A DNA stretch of 64,000 bases from Candidatus Krakonobacterium acarorum (GTDB lineage Bacteria; Bacteroidota; Bacteroidia; SolTP2): the NCBI GenBank assembly GCA_050311575.1, contig JBNOKO010000001.1, positions 1,219,099-1,283,098 of the forward strand. The letters run 5' to 3'. Of the stretch, positions 54,733 through 64,000 are shown one piece after another (the first letter of the stretch is position 1; the number at the start of each line of letters is the position of its first letter). Position numbers and translations under genes: made by a program. Under the pieces are notes generated by a model. That model was not told the DNA's origin, did no database searches, and saw nothing but the letters and a program-made list of their open reading frames with translations.

Positions 54733-55926
54733 TTAAGAACTAATAATAGTTCTGGTAGGGAAAGCAAAATCGCTATTATTGGCCTTGACGATTCCAATTA
54801 TTTTATAATGAACATCTTGTTTAATTTTAACGAATTCTGGATATGTTACCCTCTTAATATAATAAAGAACTAATATATTTAACGAACTATCTCCAAAGCT
54901 ATCAAAAGCAGCAACACTATTATCATTATCTAATTCAGAGTCATTTTTAAAATAGTTATTAATATCGTCTATTATTTTATTAAGTTGTTCCTGGGTGGTG
55001 CTATATATTAATCCTAATAAAAATTTCTCGCGTCTGAATGTCCTAGCTGTTCTATTATCTATTATTTCATTAACTAGTATTGAATTAGGAATGACTGACA
55101 ATGTTTTTTCTAAGGTGCGTATTTTAGTGGACCTAAATCCTATTTTTTCTACTACGCCTTCAACGTTTTTGACTTTTATATTATCCCCCAGGATAAATGG
55201 TTTATCACTAAAAATAGTAAATGCAGATAATAAATTTTCTAAACTGGATTTTGCAGCTAAACCTAAACCCAAAGTTCCGGCGCCTAAACCACCTACTATT
55301 AACCCTATATTTAAATTAAACGCTATAGTTAATACTACTAAAACACATATAATTGTTATTATTATCTGGGCTAATTCAAAAGAGAAAGATAGAAGCTGAA
55401 CAATATTATTCTTCCCTTCTCTAGTTGCTTTATTTAGTAGTATTTGGCTAAAGAATTTGCTTATTCTAGATATAGCCCAAAATATAGAAACAGTTATAGC
55501 TATAGAAAATAATCTATTAATAAACTCTCCATAGGTTAATCCTGTTTCAATAGTAATAAGCTGGGGTTTATTATCACTATTAGCTTTTTCTATTTCTTTT
55601 TGAAATTTACTGCTTTTGTTACCATGGGAAAATATAACTTTGTTAAATGGAAAGTGCTTTATTTGGTGTAAAGCTATGTAAATTACAAATGCTAATACGA
55701 ATAATTGTATTGGTTGAGACAAAAAAGACTTAAACTGTTTTACTTCATCAAGGTTTATAAAACGCCTAAATAACCTAAATATTAAATTACTAATTAAATT
55801 TGCTAATGGCTTTTTTAGTACAAAACCAATAACGAGGATTAAAGCACAAATTAGGTAGCTAATGATATTATCTAATAATATTTCGTTTATATCTAAAATT
55901 TTTTCTATAATATGTTTCAATTGCAA
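54733..55926 (-). CDS. Small-conductance mechanosensitive channel (MscS family)
   Basis: DKPFILGD.I, GVVEKIGFRSTKIRT, IPNS, FAFPTRT. Confidence 0.92.
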   Translation of the reverse strand: MQLKHIIEKILDINEILLDNIISYLICALILVIGFVLKKPLANLISNLIFRLFRRFINLDEVKQFKSFLSQPIQLFVLAFVIYIALHQIKHFPFNKVIFSHGNKSSKFQKEIEKANSDNKPQLITIETGLTYGEFINRLFSIAITVSIFWAISRISKFFSQILLNKATREGKNNIVQLLSFSFELAQIIITIICVLVVLTIAFNLNIGLIVGGLGAGTLGLGLAAKSSLENLLSAFTIFSDKPFILGDNIKVKNVEGVVEKIGFRSTKIRTLEKTLSVIPNSILVNEIIDNRTARTFRREKFLLGLIYSTTQEQLNKIIDDINNYFKNDSELDNDNSVAAFDSFGDSSLNILVLYYIKRVTYPEFVKIKQDVHYKIIGIVKANNSDFAFPTRTIISS

Positions 55927-55953
55927 ATAAACTTTTTTATTATATAAATTAAA

Positions 55954-56667
55954 CTATTGAACTTGTTTTAGATACTCTTTTATCGTCATTTCTAAGCCGT
56001 AATAAATACTATCACAAACTAGAGCATGCCCTATAGATACTTCCTTTGTTTGGGGGATGTTTTTTATAAAGAAATTTAAATTATCTAAATCCAGATCGTG
56101 ACCAGCATTAATTTCTATATTATTATTAATAGCTATTTTGGCAGCATTGATGTATGGTTTAATAGCGTCTTGTTTATTAATATGAAAATTAGCAGCATAA
56201 GGGCCAGTGTAAAATTCTACTCTATTTACTTTAAGTTTTGCTGCATATTCAATATTATTAGGATCTGTATTTATAAATAACGATACCCTAATTTTATTAT
56301 CCTGCAATTTTTTTATTATTGGCTCAAGCAAAAAAAAATGCTTCTTGGTATTCCATCCATAAGATGAAGTTATGGCATTTGCTTTATCAGGAACAAGAGT
56401 ACATTGAGCTGGCCTAACTTTTAAAACCAAATCTAAAAATTCTAAAGATGGATTGCCTTCAACGTTAAGCTCAGTAGTAATATTTGCTTTTAAATCTATT
56501 ACATCTTTATATTTTATATGGCGCTCATCTGGCCTTGGATGTACAGTTATGCCATTAGCTCCATACTTTTCACAATCAATAGCAACTTTCAGTAAATTCG
56601 GATTATTAGCTCCCCTTGAATTTCTAAGAGTAGCTATTTTATTTATATTAACTGAAAGTTGCGCCAT
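55954..56667 (-). CDS. pdxJ: Pyridoxine 5'-phosphate synthase
   Basis: LSVNINKIATLRNSRG, GITVHPRPDERHI, NAGHDL, EVSIGHA. Confidence 0.96.
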   Translation of the reverse strand: MAQLSVNINKIATLRNSRGANNPNLLKVAIDCEKYGANGITVHPRPDERHIKYKDVIDLKANITTELNVEGNPSLEFLDLVLKVRPAQCTLVPDKANAITSSYGWNTKKHFFLLEPIIKKLQDNKIRVSLFINTDPNNIEYAAKLKVNRVEFYTGPYAANFHINKQDAIKPYINAAKIAINNNIEINAGHDLDLDNLNFFIKNIPQTKEVSIGHALVCDSIYYGLEMTIKEYLKQVQ

Positions 56668-56699
56668 ATAAAATATAGTATCAAATTAGATATGAATAT

Positions 56700-57314
56700 T
56701 TACTTTATTTCTTTAAGGTTTTGGGTTACAGCATCCCAATTTACAACTTTCCAAAATGCATCTATGTATTCAGGACGTTTATTTTGATACTTTAAATAAT
56801 AAGCATGTTCCCATACGTCCAGCCCTAAAAGTATATGACCTTTTTTATCTACAACATCCATAATAGGGTTGTCTTGATTAGGTGTAGAAGTAACCTCTAA
56901 TTTACCGTTATTAGATATTAACCAAGCCCAGCCAGAACCAAATTGGTTTGCTGCCGCATTATTAAAAAGTTCTTTAAATTTATCAAAAGAACCAAAACTT
57001 GTGTTAATTGCAGAAGCAAGATCACCAGACGGCTTGCCACCTTTGTTAGGACCTATTACTTTCCAAAACAGAGAGTGATTATAATGACCACCTAAATTGT
57101 TACGTAAAGCCTTAGAATATTTAGAAATATTTTTTAATATATTGTCTATAGATTCATTTTCTGCTGCTTTGTCTGTATCTTCTATAGCTTTGTTAGCTTT
57201 ATCTACATAAGCTTGATGGTGCTTATCATGATGTAAATGCATTGTTTGAGAATCTATATGCGGCTCTAAGCTATCATAAGCATAGGCCAAAGCAGGTAAT
57301 GTGAACTTTGACAT
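56700..57314 (-). CDS. sodA: Superoxide dismutase (Fe/Mn family, Mn-type signatures)
   Basis: HHDKHH, GGHYNHSLFW, FGSGWAW, NQD, DVWEHAYY. Confidence 0.9.
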   Translation of the reverse strand: MSKFTLPALAYAYDSLEPHIDSQTMHLHHDKHHQAYVDKANKAIEDTDKAAENESIDNILKNISKYSKALRNNLGGHYNHSLFWKVIGPNKGGKPSGDLASAINTSFGSFDKFKELFNNAAANQFGSGWAWLISNNGKLEVTSTPNQDNPIMDVVDKKGHILLGLDVWEHAYYLKYQNKRPEYIDAFWKVVNWDAVTQNLKEIK

Positions 57315-57474
57315 GGTTAAAGTAATAATACTGTTTTTAATTTTTTAATACTAGTGCCTATAAAAGAAAGCTTGTTTCTATAAGTATAGCTACAGGCATG
57401 CTATGCTCATGTACTTAATTTATATAAATTTTATGATAAATACAAACTATAACTTAAGGTATACATTAATATTC

Positions 57475-58161
57475 TTATAGCTCTATTGTGGCCCCTATCT
57501 TAGGCAATAATAGTTCTTTTTGCTTTTTAGAAAATAGATTTACTGCGTCCAATAGATTTATTTCTATTAAAGGGAATGTGTTGTAATGCACGCCCATAAT
57601 CTTATTGACATTGAGTAATTCTGCACTCTTTAAAGCTTTTTGAATGCACATAGTAAATATATTACCGATTGGTAGTATTGCCAGGGTTAAAGGTTTAATT
57701 TCTGATATTAATCGCATATCAGTAAATATAGAGGTGTCACCAGCATAATAAATCCTATTTTTGTTATCATCTATTATAAAGCCTGCTGCTAGGCCCGCAT
57801 AGCTTCCATCTGGAAAGCTACTACTATGTACAGCAGGTGCCATTTCTACTGAAAATGAGCCTAAATCTATAGTTCCGCCTATGCCTAAATATTTATAGTT
57901 TGCTAAATAATGTGTTTTAATATAATAATTTACTATTTCGAAACTCGATATTAATATACTATTTGGATTATTTTTTAAAATTAATGGAACATCCGCAATA
58001 TGATCTTCATGTCCATGTGATATTAGTATATAGTCAGCTTTTATAGACTCTACATTAATATCTTTAGCTAATGGATTATTAGTTATAAAAGGGTCAAATA
58101 ATAAATTTGTATTACCTATAAGTACAGAAAAACATGAATGCCCATAATATGTAATTTTCAT
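57475..58161 (-). CDS. Metallo-beta-lactamase-fold metal-dependent hydrolase (UPF0173-like)
   Basis: YYGHSCF, DPF, SHGHEDH, AVHSS, AGDT, HYNTFP. Confidence 0.9.
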   Translation of the reverse strand: MKITYYGHSCFSVLIGNTNLLFDPFITNNPLAKDINVESIKADYILISHGHEDHIADVPLILKNNPNSILISSFEIVNYYIKTHYLANYKYLGIGGTIDLGSFSVEMAPAVHSSSFPDGSYAGLAAGFIIDDNKNRIYYAGDTSIFTDMRLISEIKPLTLAILPIGNIFTMCIQKALKSAELLNVNKIMGVHYNTFPLIEINLLDAVNLFSKKQKELLLPKIGATIEL

Positions 58162-58219
58162 AAAACTAATATTTAAGAATAATTGGTGAATAATAAATAT
58201 ACTTGACCTAAACGGACTG

Positions 58220-60061
58220 TTAATTGAAAGATTGTAATTGAATCAAATGCCTGTACAAACCACCTTGTTTCATGAGTTCTTGATGGTTTCCAGTAGCAAT
58301 AACTCTACCTCCCTCCATTACTACTATATTATCCGCATTTTTTATGGTACTTAACCTGTGAGCTATAACTATAGATGTACATGTTTGCATAATTTTTTCT
58401 AGAGCTTCCTGTACAAGTTTTTCGCTACGAGCATCTAGTGCTGATGTTGCTTCATCTAATATTAAAATCCCAGGATTATGACAAACCGCTCTAGCTATAC
58501 TTATACGTTGCTTTTGACCGCCAGATAATTTTAAACCTCTATCTCCCATGTTGGTTTTATAGCCTTTTTCTGCATTATTAACTATGAAATCATGTATGTT
58601 AGCCATTTTAGCAGCATATTCAACCTGTTCTTTAGATATATGTTCTAATCCAAAGGAAATATTGTTATAAATAGTATCGTTAAATAGAATTGGCTCTTGA
58701 GATACAACAGCAATAGAATTTCTTAGCTGGCTAACGTTTATATCTTTTATATTAACATTATCAAGTAATATTTCACCGCTATCAACGTCATAAAATCTAA
58801 GCAATAACTCAGTTATAGTACTCTTACCAGCTCCTGATGGGCCAACTATAGCTGTTACCTTATTTTTTGGAATCTTAAAACTTATGCCTTTTAATATTTC
58901 TATTCCCTTTATATAACTAAAATGTACATCTTTAAATTCGATAGAATTTTGCAATTTAGATGTATTTATGTAAGAGGGTGTATCATCAATTTCTATAGGA
59001 TGATCTAGAAGATTACATATTCTTTGACCGGCCGCAACACCGGTATATATAAACGTTACTGAAGCCAGAAGCGCTTTTAACGGGGCTATTATTTGCGTAA
59101 ATATTACCAAATAAGTAATAAACTCAGAAGCATTAAAGCTTGTAGTATCAGTAAATATTAAATTACCTCCGTATATTATTAATATTACAAGTGTTATTAA
59201 AAACAAATTTTCTGAAACTGGTGATGCAAGAAGTTGCCTTTGTGCAATTTTTAAATTTACCTGCGAATAGGCTTTGTTAGCTTTAACGTAACGGTTATTT
59301 ATAAATTTAGAGGCACCAAACGCTTTTATTACTTTAATCCCGTATATCATACTTTCTAATAAGGAGATCATCGTATCGTTTGCTTCTTGCGAATTTAGAG
59401 TTTGCTGTTTTAATTTCTTAGATATAGATGCAATTATAATACCTGAGATAGGAATTACTATTAGCGCAAATAATGTTAGTTTAGCAGATATGTATAATAA
59501 TACTATTATGTATACGATAACTCTTAAAAAGTCTGATGACAAGAGTTCTACTATTCTAACTAGTGATACTTGGATAATATTTATATCAGAAGAAGCTAAA
59601 GAGATTAGATCGCCTTTCCTGGAATCATTAAAATATTTAACGTCTAAATTAACTATTTTCGAAAATATAGCATTGCGTAATTTAAATAGGATTTTTATAC
59701 GTAATTTTTCTATAGTGAATCTAGATATATATATGAATACATTTGCCAGTAAATTTGCAGCAAATATTATAATACATATATATATTAATGCTAAAAATTT
59801 GCCGTAATGTGCTATGGTATAACCTAAAAAACTATTAAATATATTTTTAAGATTATCTAAACCCAGAGAAAAATTGGATAAATCTACAGCTGTGCCTACA
59901 TCCTTATATTCTTTAATATCAAAAATTACATTAAACAGAGGTATTAATAAAGTAAAGTTTAATGAACTAAATAATATAGCTAACACTATAGTAGTTATAT
60001 AAACTATAAGTGTTTTATGTATTGGGGATACTAACGATAAAAACCGTAAATAAATTTTCAT
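58220..60061 (-). CDS. ABC transporter, fused permease/ATPase (MsbA-like)
   Basis: N-terminal TMD; GPSGAGKST, LSGGQKQR, ILDEATSALD, IAHRLST. Confidence 0.93.
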   Translation of the reverse strand: MKIYLRFLSLVSPIHKTLIVYITTIVLAILFSSLNFTLLIPLFNVIFDIKEYKDVGTAVDLSNFSLGLDNLKNIFNSFLGYTIAHYGKFLALIYICIIIFAANLLANVFIYISRFTIEKLRIKILFKLRNAIFSKIVNLDVKYFNDSRKGDLISLASSDINIIQVSLVRIVELLSSDFLRVIVYIIVLLYISAKLTLFALIVIPISGIIIASISKKLKQQTLNSQEANDTMISLLESMIYGIKVIKAFGASKFINNRYVKANKAYSQVNLKIAQRQLLASPVSENLFLITLVILIIYGGNLIFTDTTSFNASEFITYLVIFTQIIAPLKALLASVTFIYTGVAAGQRICNLLDHPIEIDDTPSYINTSKLQNSIEFKDVHFSYIKGIEILKGISFKIPKNKVTAIVGPSGAGKSTITELLLRFYDVDSGEILLDNVNIKDINVSQLRNSIAVVSQEPILFNDTIYNNISFGLEHISKEQVEYAAKMANIHDFIVNNAEKGYKTNMGDRGLKLSGGQKQRISIARAVCHNPGILILDEATSALDARSEKLVQEALEKIMQTCTSIVIAHRLSTIKNADNIVVMEGGRVIATGNHQELMKQGGLYRHLIQLQSFN

Positions 60062-60112
60062 AGATTAGGCATAATAGACATTTATATAATATATCTATTA
60101 TAACAAAGATAT

Positions 60113-60166
60113 AATTTATAGATAGAAATACATACTTTTCAAAGTACGTATTTCTATCTATAAATT
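60113..60166. terminator. Long hairpin downstream of rpsJ
   Basis: aatttatagatagaaatac ... gtatttctatctataaatt. Confidence 0.7.
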
Positions 60167-60197
60167 GTGTATATAAATAAACAATCTAGAGAAAGCA

Positions 60198-60509
60198 TTA
60201 AGCTTTTATTTCAACATAAACTCCTGATGGTAGATCTATTTTAGATAGAGCATCTATAACATTTGTAGGTTTATTTAAAATGCGTATTCGTATTAATCTA
60301 CTATGCGTCTCTAAACGAAACTTATCTTTAGATTTTTTATCTACGTGCGGCGATCTTAATAAAGTAAAACTTTCTTTTCTAGTAGGTAAAGGTATAGGAC
60401 CGCTAATTGTAGCACCAACTCCTTCAACTGCTTTTTGTATCTTAGAGGCAGATTTATCAACCAAACCAGCTTCATAAGAACGTAATTTAATAGATATTAT
60501 TGATTCCAT
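60198..60509 (-). CDS. rpsJ: 30S ribosomal protein S10
   Basis: IKLRSY, GPIPLPT, RSPHVDKKS, LPSGV.VEIK. Confidence 0.96.
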   Translation of the reverse strand: MESIISIKLRSYEAGLVDKSASKIQKAVEGVGATISGPIPLPTRKESFTLLRSPHVDKKSKDKFRLETHSRLIRIRILNKPTNVIDALSKIDLPSGVYVEIKA

Positions 60510-60532
60510 TATTTACTTATAAACTAATATTT

Positions 60533-62653
60533 CTATTTTCCTGTTTTTATAATATCATCAGCGACACTTTTCGGCGCTTGTTCGTAATAAGCAAATTCCA
60601 TTGTAGAAGTTGCCCGACCCGATGATAATGTCCGTAATGTAGTTACATAACCAAACATTTCTGACAATGGCACTTTTGCATTTACCACATGTGCATCGTT
60701 CCTGGAATCCATTCCTTCTATCATGCCTCTGCGCTTATTCAAATCTCCAACTATCGTCCCCATATATTCTTCAGGCGTAACAACTTCAACTTTCATTATA
60801 GGTTCCATTATTACAGGCTTTGTTTTTAACATGGCTTGCCTAAAGGCTTCACGAGCACACATTTCAAATGATAAAGTATCTGAGTCGACATTATGGAAAG
60901 ATCCATCAAATAACCTTACTTTTAATCCTATAACTTCATAGCCTGCTAAAACACCTGATTTCATAGATTCCCTAAAACCTTTCTCTATAGCTGGAATAAA
61001 TTCTTTAGGTATAACACCGCCTTTGATTTCGTCTACAAATTGTAAACCAACAACCCCCTCTGCAGGAGGACCTATTTCAACTTGAATATCTGCGAATTTA
61101 CCTTTACCACCAGTTTGCTTTTTATATACTTCCCTATGGGTTGCGCTAGAAGTTGGAGATTCCCTATAGGCAACCTGAGGAGCACCCTGGTTACATTCTA
61201 TTTTGAATTCTCGCCGCAATCTATCAACTATTATATCAAGGTGTAGTTCTCCCATACCAGTTATAATAGTTTGCCCTGATTCAGAGTCTATTTTAACTTT
61301 AAATGTAGGATCTTCCTCTGCAAGTTTATTTAAAGCAATAGATAATTTATCTACATCTGCTTGGGTTTTAGGCTCTATGGCTATACCTATTACAGGTTCA
61401 GGAAATGTCATAGCTTCTAAAACTATAGGTGAACCTTCTATGCACAAGGTATCTCCTGTTCTAATATCTTTAAATCCAACTCCAGCACCTATATCTCCAG
61501 CTTCTATTTTTGTTATAGGGTTCTGTTTGTTAGAGTGCATTTGAAAAATCCTGGATATCCTTTCTTTCTTACCAGTTCTGCTATTATATACATATGATCC
61601 TGCATCTAGCTGACCAGAGTAAACTCTAAAAAATACCAACCTGCCAATAAATGGATCTGTTGCTATTTTAAAAGCTAAAGCAGAAAATTTGTCATTTACA
61701 TCGGGCATCCTAACCTCTTCCTCATCTGTATCAGGGTTAACTCCATAAACATTTCCAACTTCATTAGGTGCCGGTAAATATCTACAAACAGCGTCTAAAA
61801 GAGTTTGAACACCCTTATTTTTAAAAGCCGAACCACACATTATTGGAGTAATTTTTCTAGCTATAACAGCTTTTCTGATACATGCATGTATCTCGTCTTC
61901 TGTTATAGAGTTAGGATCGTCAAAAAACTTTTCCATTAACATATCGTCGAATTCAGCGACAGCTTCTATTAATTTTTCTCTATAAGTAGCTGCTGTTGAA
62001 ACTAAATCTTCGGGTATCGGTATTTCAGTATAGGTAGCACCTTGGGTAGCTTCATCCCACACTATAGCTTTGTTAGTAATTAAATCTACTACACCTTTAA
62101 AGGTTTCTTCAGCTCCTATTGGTATTTGCAATGGTACCGGGTTGCCATTTAACCTTTCATTAATTTTAGTTACAACATTGAAAAAATCAGCACCAGCGCG
62201 ATCCATTTTATTAACGAAAGCGATACGAGGTACTTTATATTTTTGCATTTGACGCCATACAGTCTCAGATTGCGGCTCTACAGCAGCAACTGCACAAAAT
62301 AAAGCGATAGCTCCATCTAATACTCTTAAGGATCTTTCTACTTCTACAGTAAAATCAACGTGACCTGGCGTATCAATTAAGTTTATTTGATAACTTTCAG
62401 TTTCATTTGTAGATTTACCATTTATGGTTGGAAAAGGCCAATATGTAGTTGTAGCTGCGGAAGTAATAGTTATCCCTCTTTCTTGCTCTTGCTCCATCCA
62501 ATCCATTGTAGCTGCCCCTTCGTGCACTTCACCTATTTTATGTGTTTTGCCTGTATAATATAAAATTCTTTCCGAAGTAGTTGTTTTTCCAGCGTCAATA
62601 TGTGCGGATATTCCTATATTCCGTACATATTTAAGATCTCTATTATTGCTCAT
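60533..62653 (-). CDS. fusA: Elongation factor G
   Basis: [29 protein letters not shown]; ATG at 62653 preferred. Confidence 0.98.
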   Translation of the reverse strand: MSNNRDLKYVRNIGISAHIDAGKTTTSERILYYTGKTHKIGEVHEGAATMDWMEQEQERGITITSAATTTYWPFPTINGKSTNETESYQINLIDTPGHVDFTVEVERSLRVLDGAIALFCAVAAVEPQSETVWRQMQKYKVPRIAFVNKMDRAGADFFNVVTKINERLNGNPVPLQIPIGAEETFKGVVDLITNKAIVWDEATQGATYTEIPIPEDLVSTAATYREKLIEAVAEFDDMLMEKFFDDPNSITEDEIHACIRKAVIARKITPIMCGSAFKNKGVQTLLDAVCRYLPAPNEVGNVYGVNPDTDEEEVRMPDVNDKFSALAFKIATDPFIGRLVFFRVYSGQLDAGSYVYNSRTGKKERISRIFQMHSNKQNPITKIEAGDIGAGVGFKDIRTGDTLCIEGSPIVLEAMTFPEPVIGIAIEPKTQADVDKLSIALNKLAEEDPTFKVKIDSESGQTIITGMGELHLDIIVDRLRREFKIECNQGAPQVAYRESPTSSATHREVYKKQTGGKGKFADIQVEIGPPAEGVVGLQFVDEIKGGVIPKEFIPAIEKGFRESMKSGVLAGYEVIGLKVRLFDGSFHNVDSDTLSFEMCAREAFRQAMLKTKPVIMEPIMKVEVVTPEEYMGTIVGDLNKRRGMIEGMDSRNDAHVVNAKVPLSEMFGYVTTLRTLSSGRATSTMEFAYYEQAPKSVADDIIKTGK

Positions 62654-62749
62654 TATTAAATAAGTATACACTTACACGATTAAACTTCAAAAAATAATCT
62701 GTATAAATGTATTTAAAACTAATACAATTTATTATATAAATATTGTTGA

Positions 62750-63217
62750 TTAAACTCTAAAATGAGAAAAAGCCTTGTTAGATTCAGCCATTTTATGAGT
62801 ATCTGTTTTACGTTTTACTGCTAAACCTTCACCTCTTGAAGCCGCTAGCAATTCCTGAGCAAGATTATTTATCATTGATTTTTCTTTTCTCTCTCTTGCG
62901 AACCTAATCAACCATTTTCTCGCTAAAAATTCTCTACGTTCCTGCCTTATTTCCGCAGGTATTTGGAAATTGGAGCCACCTATTCTACGGCTACGAACCT
63001 CTACTAAAGGCATAACATTCTCCATAGCCTTATGCCAAATATCATACCCTTTATCCTCACTGCTTTCTTCAACCTTTTGCAACGCTCCATAGAATATTTT
63101 TGCAGCTATAGATTTTTTACCTTGCAACATAAGTGCATTTATAAATTTCGTTATTCTGGGATCGTTATATACGTAATCTCCAGCAACATTTCTTTTTTTA
63201 GGCTTAGACTTTCTCAT
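62750..63217 (-). CDS. rpsG: 30S ribosomal protein S7
   Basis: GKKSIA, VEVRSRRIGG, HKMAESNKAFSHFR. Confidence 0.97.
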   Translation of the reverse strand: MRKSKPKKRNVAGDYVYNDPRITKFINALMLQGKKSIAAKIFYGALQKVEESSEDKGYDIWHKAMENVMPLVEVRSRRIGGSNFQIPAEIRQERREFLARKWLIRFARERKEKSMINNLAQELLAASRGEGLAVKRKTDTHKMAESNKAFSHFRV

Positions 63218-63306
63218 TTAAAAACACTGATTTAATACTAAATCAAATCGATCTAAATTAAATATAGATATAAAATTATAATAAATACTATTTAATAAAC
63301 TCCAAA

Positions 63307-63702
63307 TTATTTCTTTTTATCACCTGGCTTACCTTTCTCTATTTTAGCTCCATACTTAGAACGGCGCTGTAATCTTCCAGATACACCAGCGGTATCTAAT
63401 GCACCGCGCACTATATGATATCTAACACCTGGTAAATCTTTAACCCTGCCACCTCTAACAAGTACCATAGAGTGCTCTTGTAAATTATGACCTTCACCAG
63501 GGATATAAGCATTTGTTTCTATACCATTAGACAACCTAACGCGAGCAACCTTACGCATAGCGGAATTAGGCTTTTTAGGCGTTGTTGTATATACTTTTAA
63601 GCATACTCCTTTAAGTTGTGGATGTGAAGCCAATGCTGGTGACTTAGATTTCTTAGTAATTGTTTTACGTCCTTTTCTAACTAACTGTTGTATTGTAGGC
63701 AT
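63307..63702 (-). CDS. rpsL: 30S ribosomal protein S12
   Basis: [28 protein letters not shown]. Confidence 0.98.
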   Translation of the reverse strand: MPTIQQLVRKGRKTITKKSKSPALASHPQLKGVCLKVYTTTPKKPNSAMRKVARVRLSNGIETNAYIPGEGHNLQEHSMVLVRGGRVKDLPGVRYHIVRGALDTAGVSGRLQRRSKYGAKIEKGKPGDKKK

Positions 63703-64000
63703 GCAGATATAAATTATAATAATTTACCATTTATAAGTTGTACATATACTAAAATCTTATAAATGGTTCTCTATATTTTAGTATAAAAAATTTATGAAGC
63801 TGTATTTAAACGAACAAATATATGATTTGTTTGCGAAATTTTCAATAAAAAAGAAAAAAAGCCAGGTATTAAATACCTGTATATTTATTATTTCTCAACT
63901 ACAATAGACATAAACTTAAAATCTTGTTTAATAGTATATATATATTAGGTCATATTCATTTACCTATACCACGTGTAACGGTAACTAATGAAGGCCCTTT

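Noticed and set aside
21418-63235. Many short ORFs antisense to housekeeping genes (e.g. 24889-25284, 36586-37029, 54995-55399, 61203-61544)
   Set aside because: Shadow ORFs of well-supported genes on the opposite strand

Overview
Very AT-rich chromosome segment of a Bacteroidota bacterium (gldKLMN, porX, DUF4271-hemD, Bacteroidota-type promoters and 16S signatures). Divergent housekeeping proteins and scattered pseudogene remnants suggest a host-associated, reducing genome (inference). Most of the window is housekeeping: sucD, ubiX, mqnA, hisS, xth, T9SS/gliding motor, hemW, glyA, rplS, trpS, pnp, rpsO, dps, serC, adk, metK, pdxJ, SOD and rpsL-rpsG-fusA-rpsJ. The main anomaly is the minus-strand rRNA operon: 16S (19182-20711) is separated from tRNA-Ile/tRNA-Ala-23S-5S by about 7.3 kb of co-oriented protein genes. 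The insert resolves into three tandem copies of a three-gene cassette: a secreted WPDYVF/tail-fibre-chaperone-like protein X, a catalytically intact astacin lipoprotein A, and a catalytically dead astacin-like lipoprotein B. The copies have decayed reciprocally, leaving X intact only in copy 1 and A+B intact only in copies 2 and 3. A strong hairpin follows the 16S, and a second rRNA-style promoter candidate lies just upstream of the 23S. Other accessory items are an SdpC-like toxin precursor cut by one in-frame stop, three ricin-B-lectin-like secreted paralogs and several long intergenic palindromes. All family assignments are from motif recognition only; no database searches were run.
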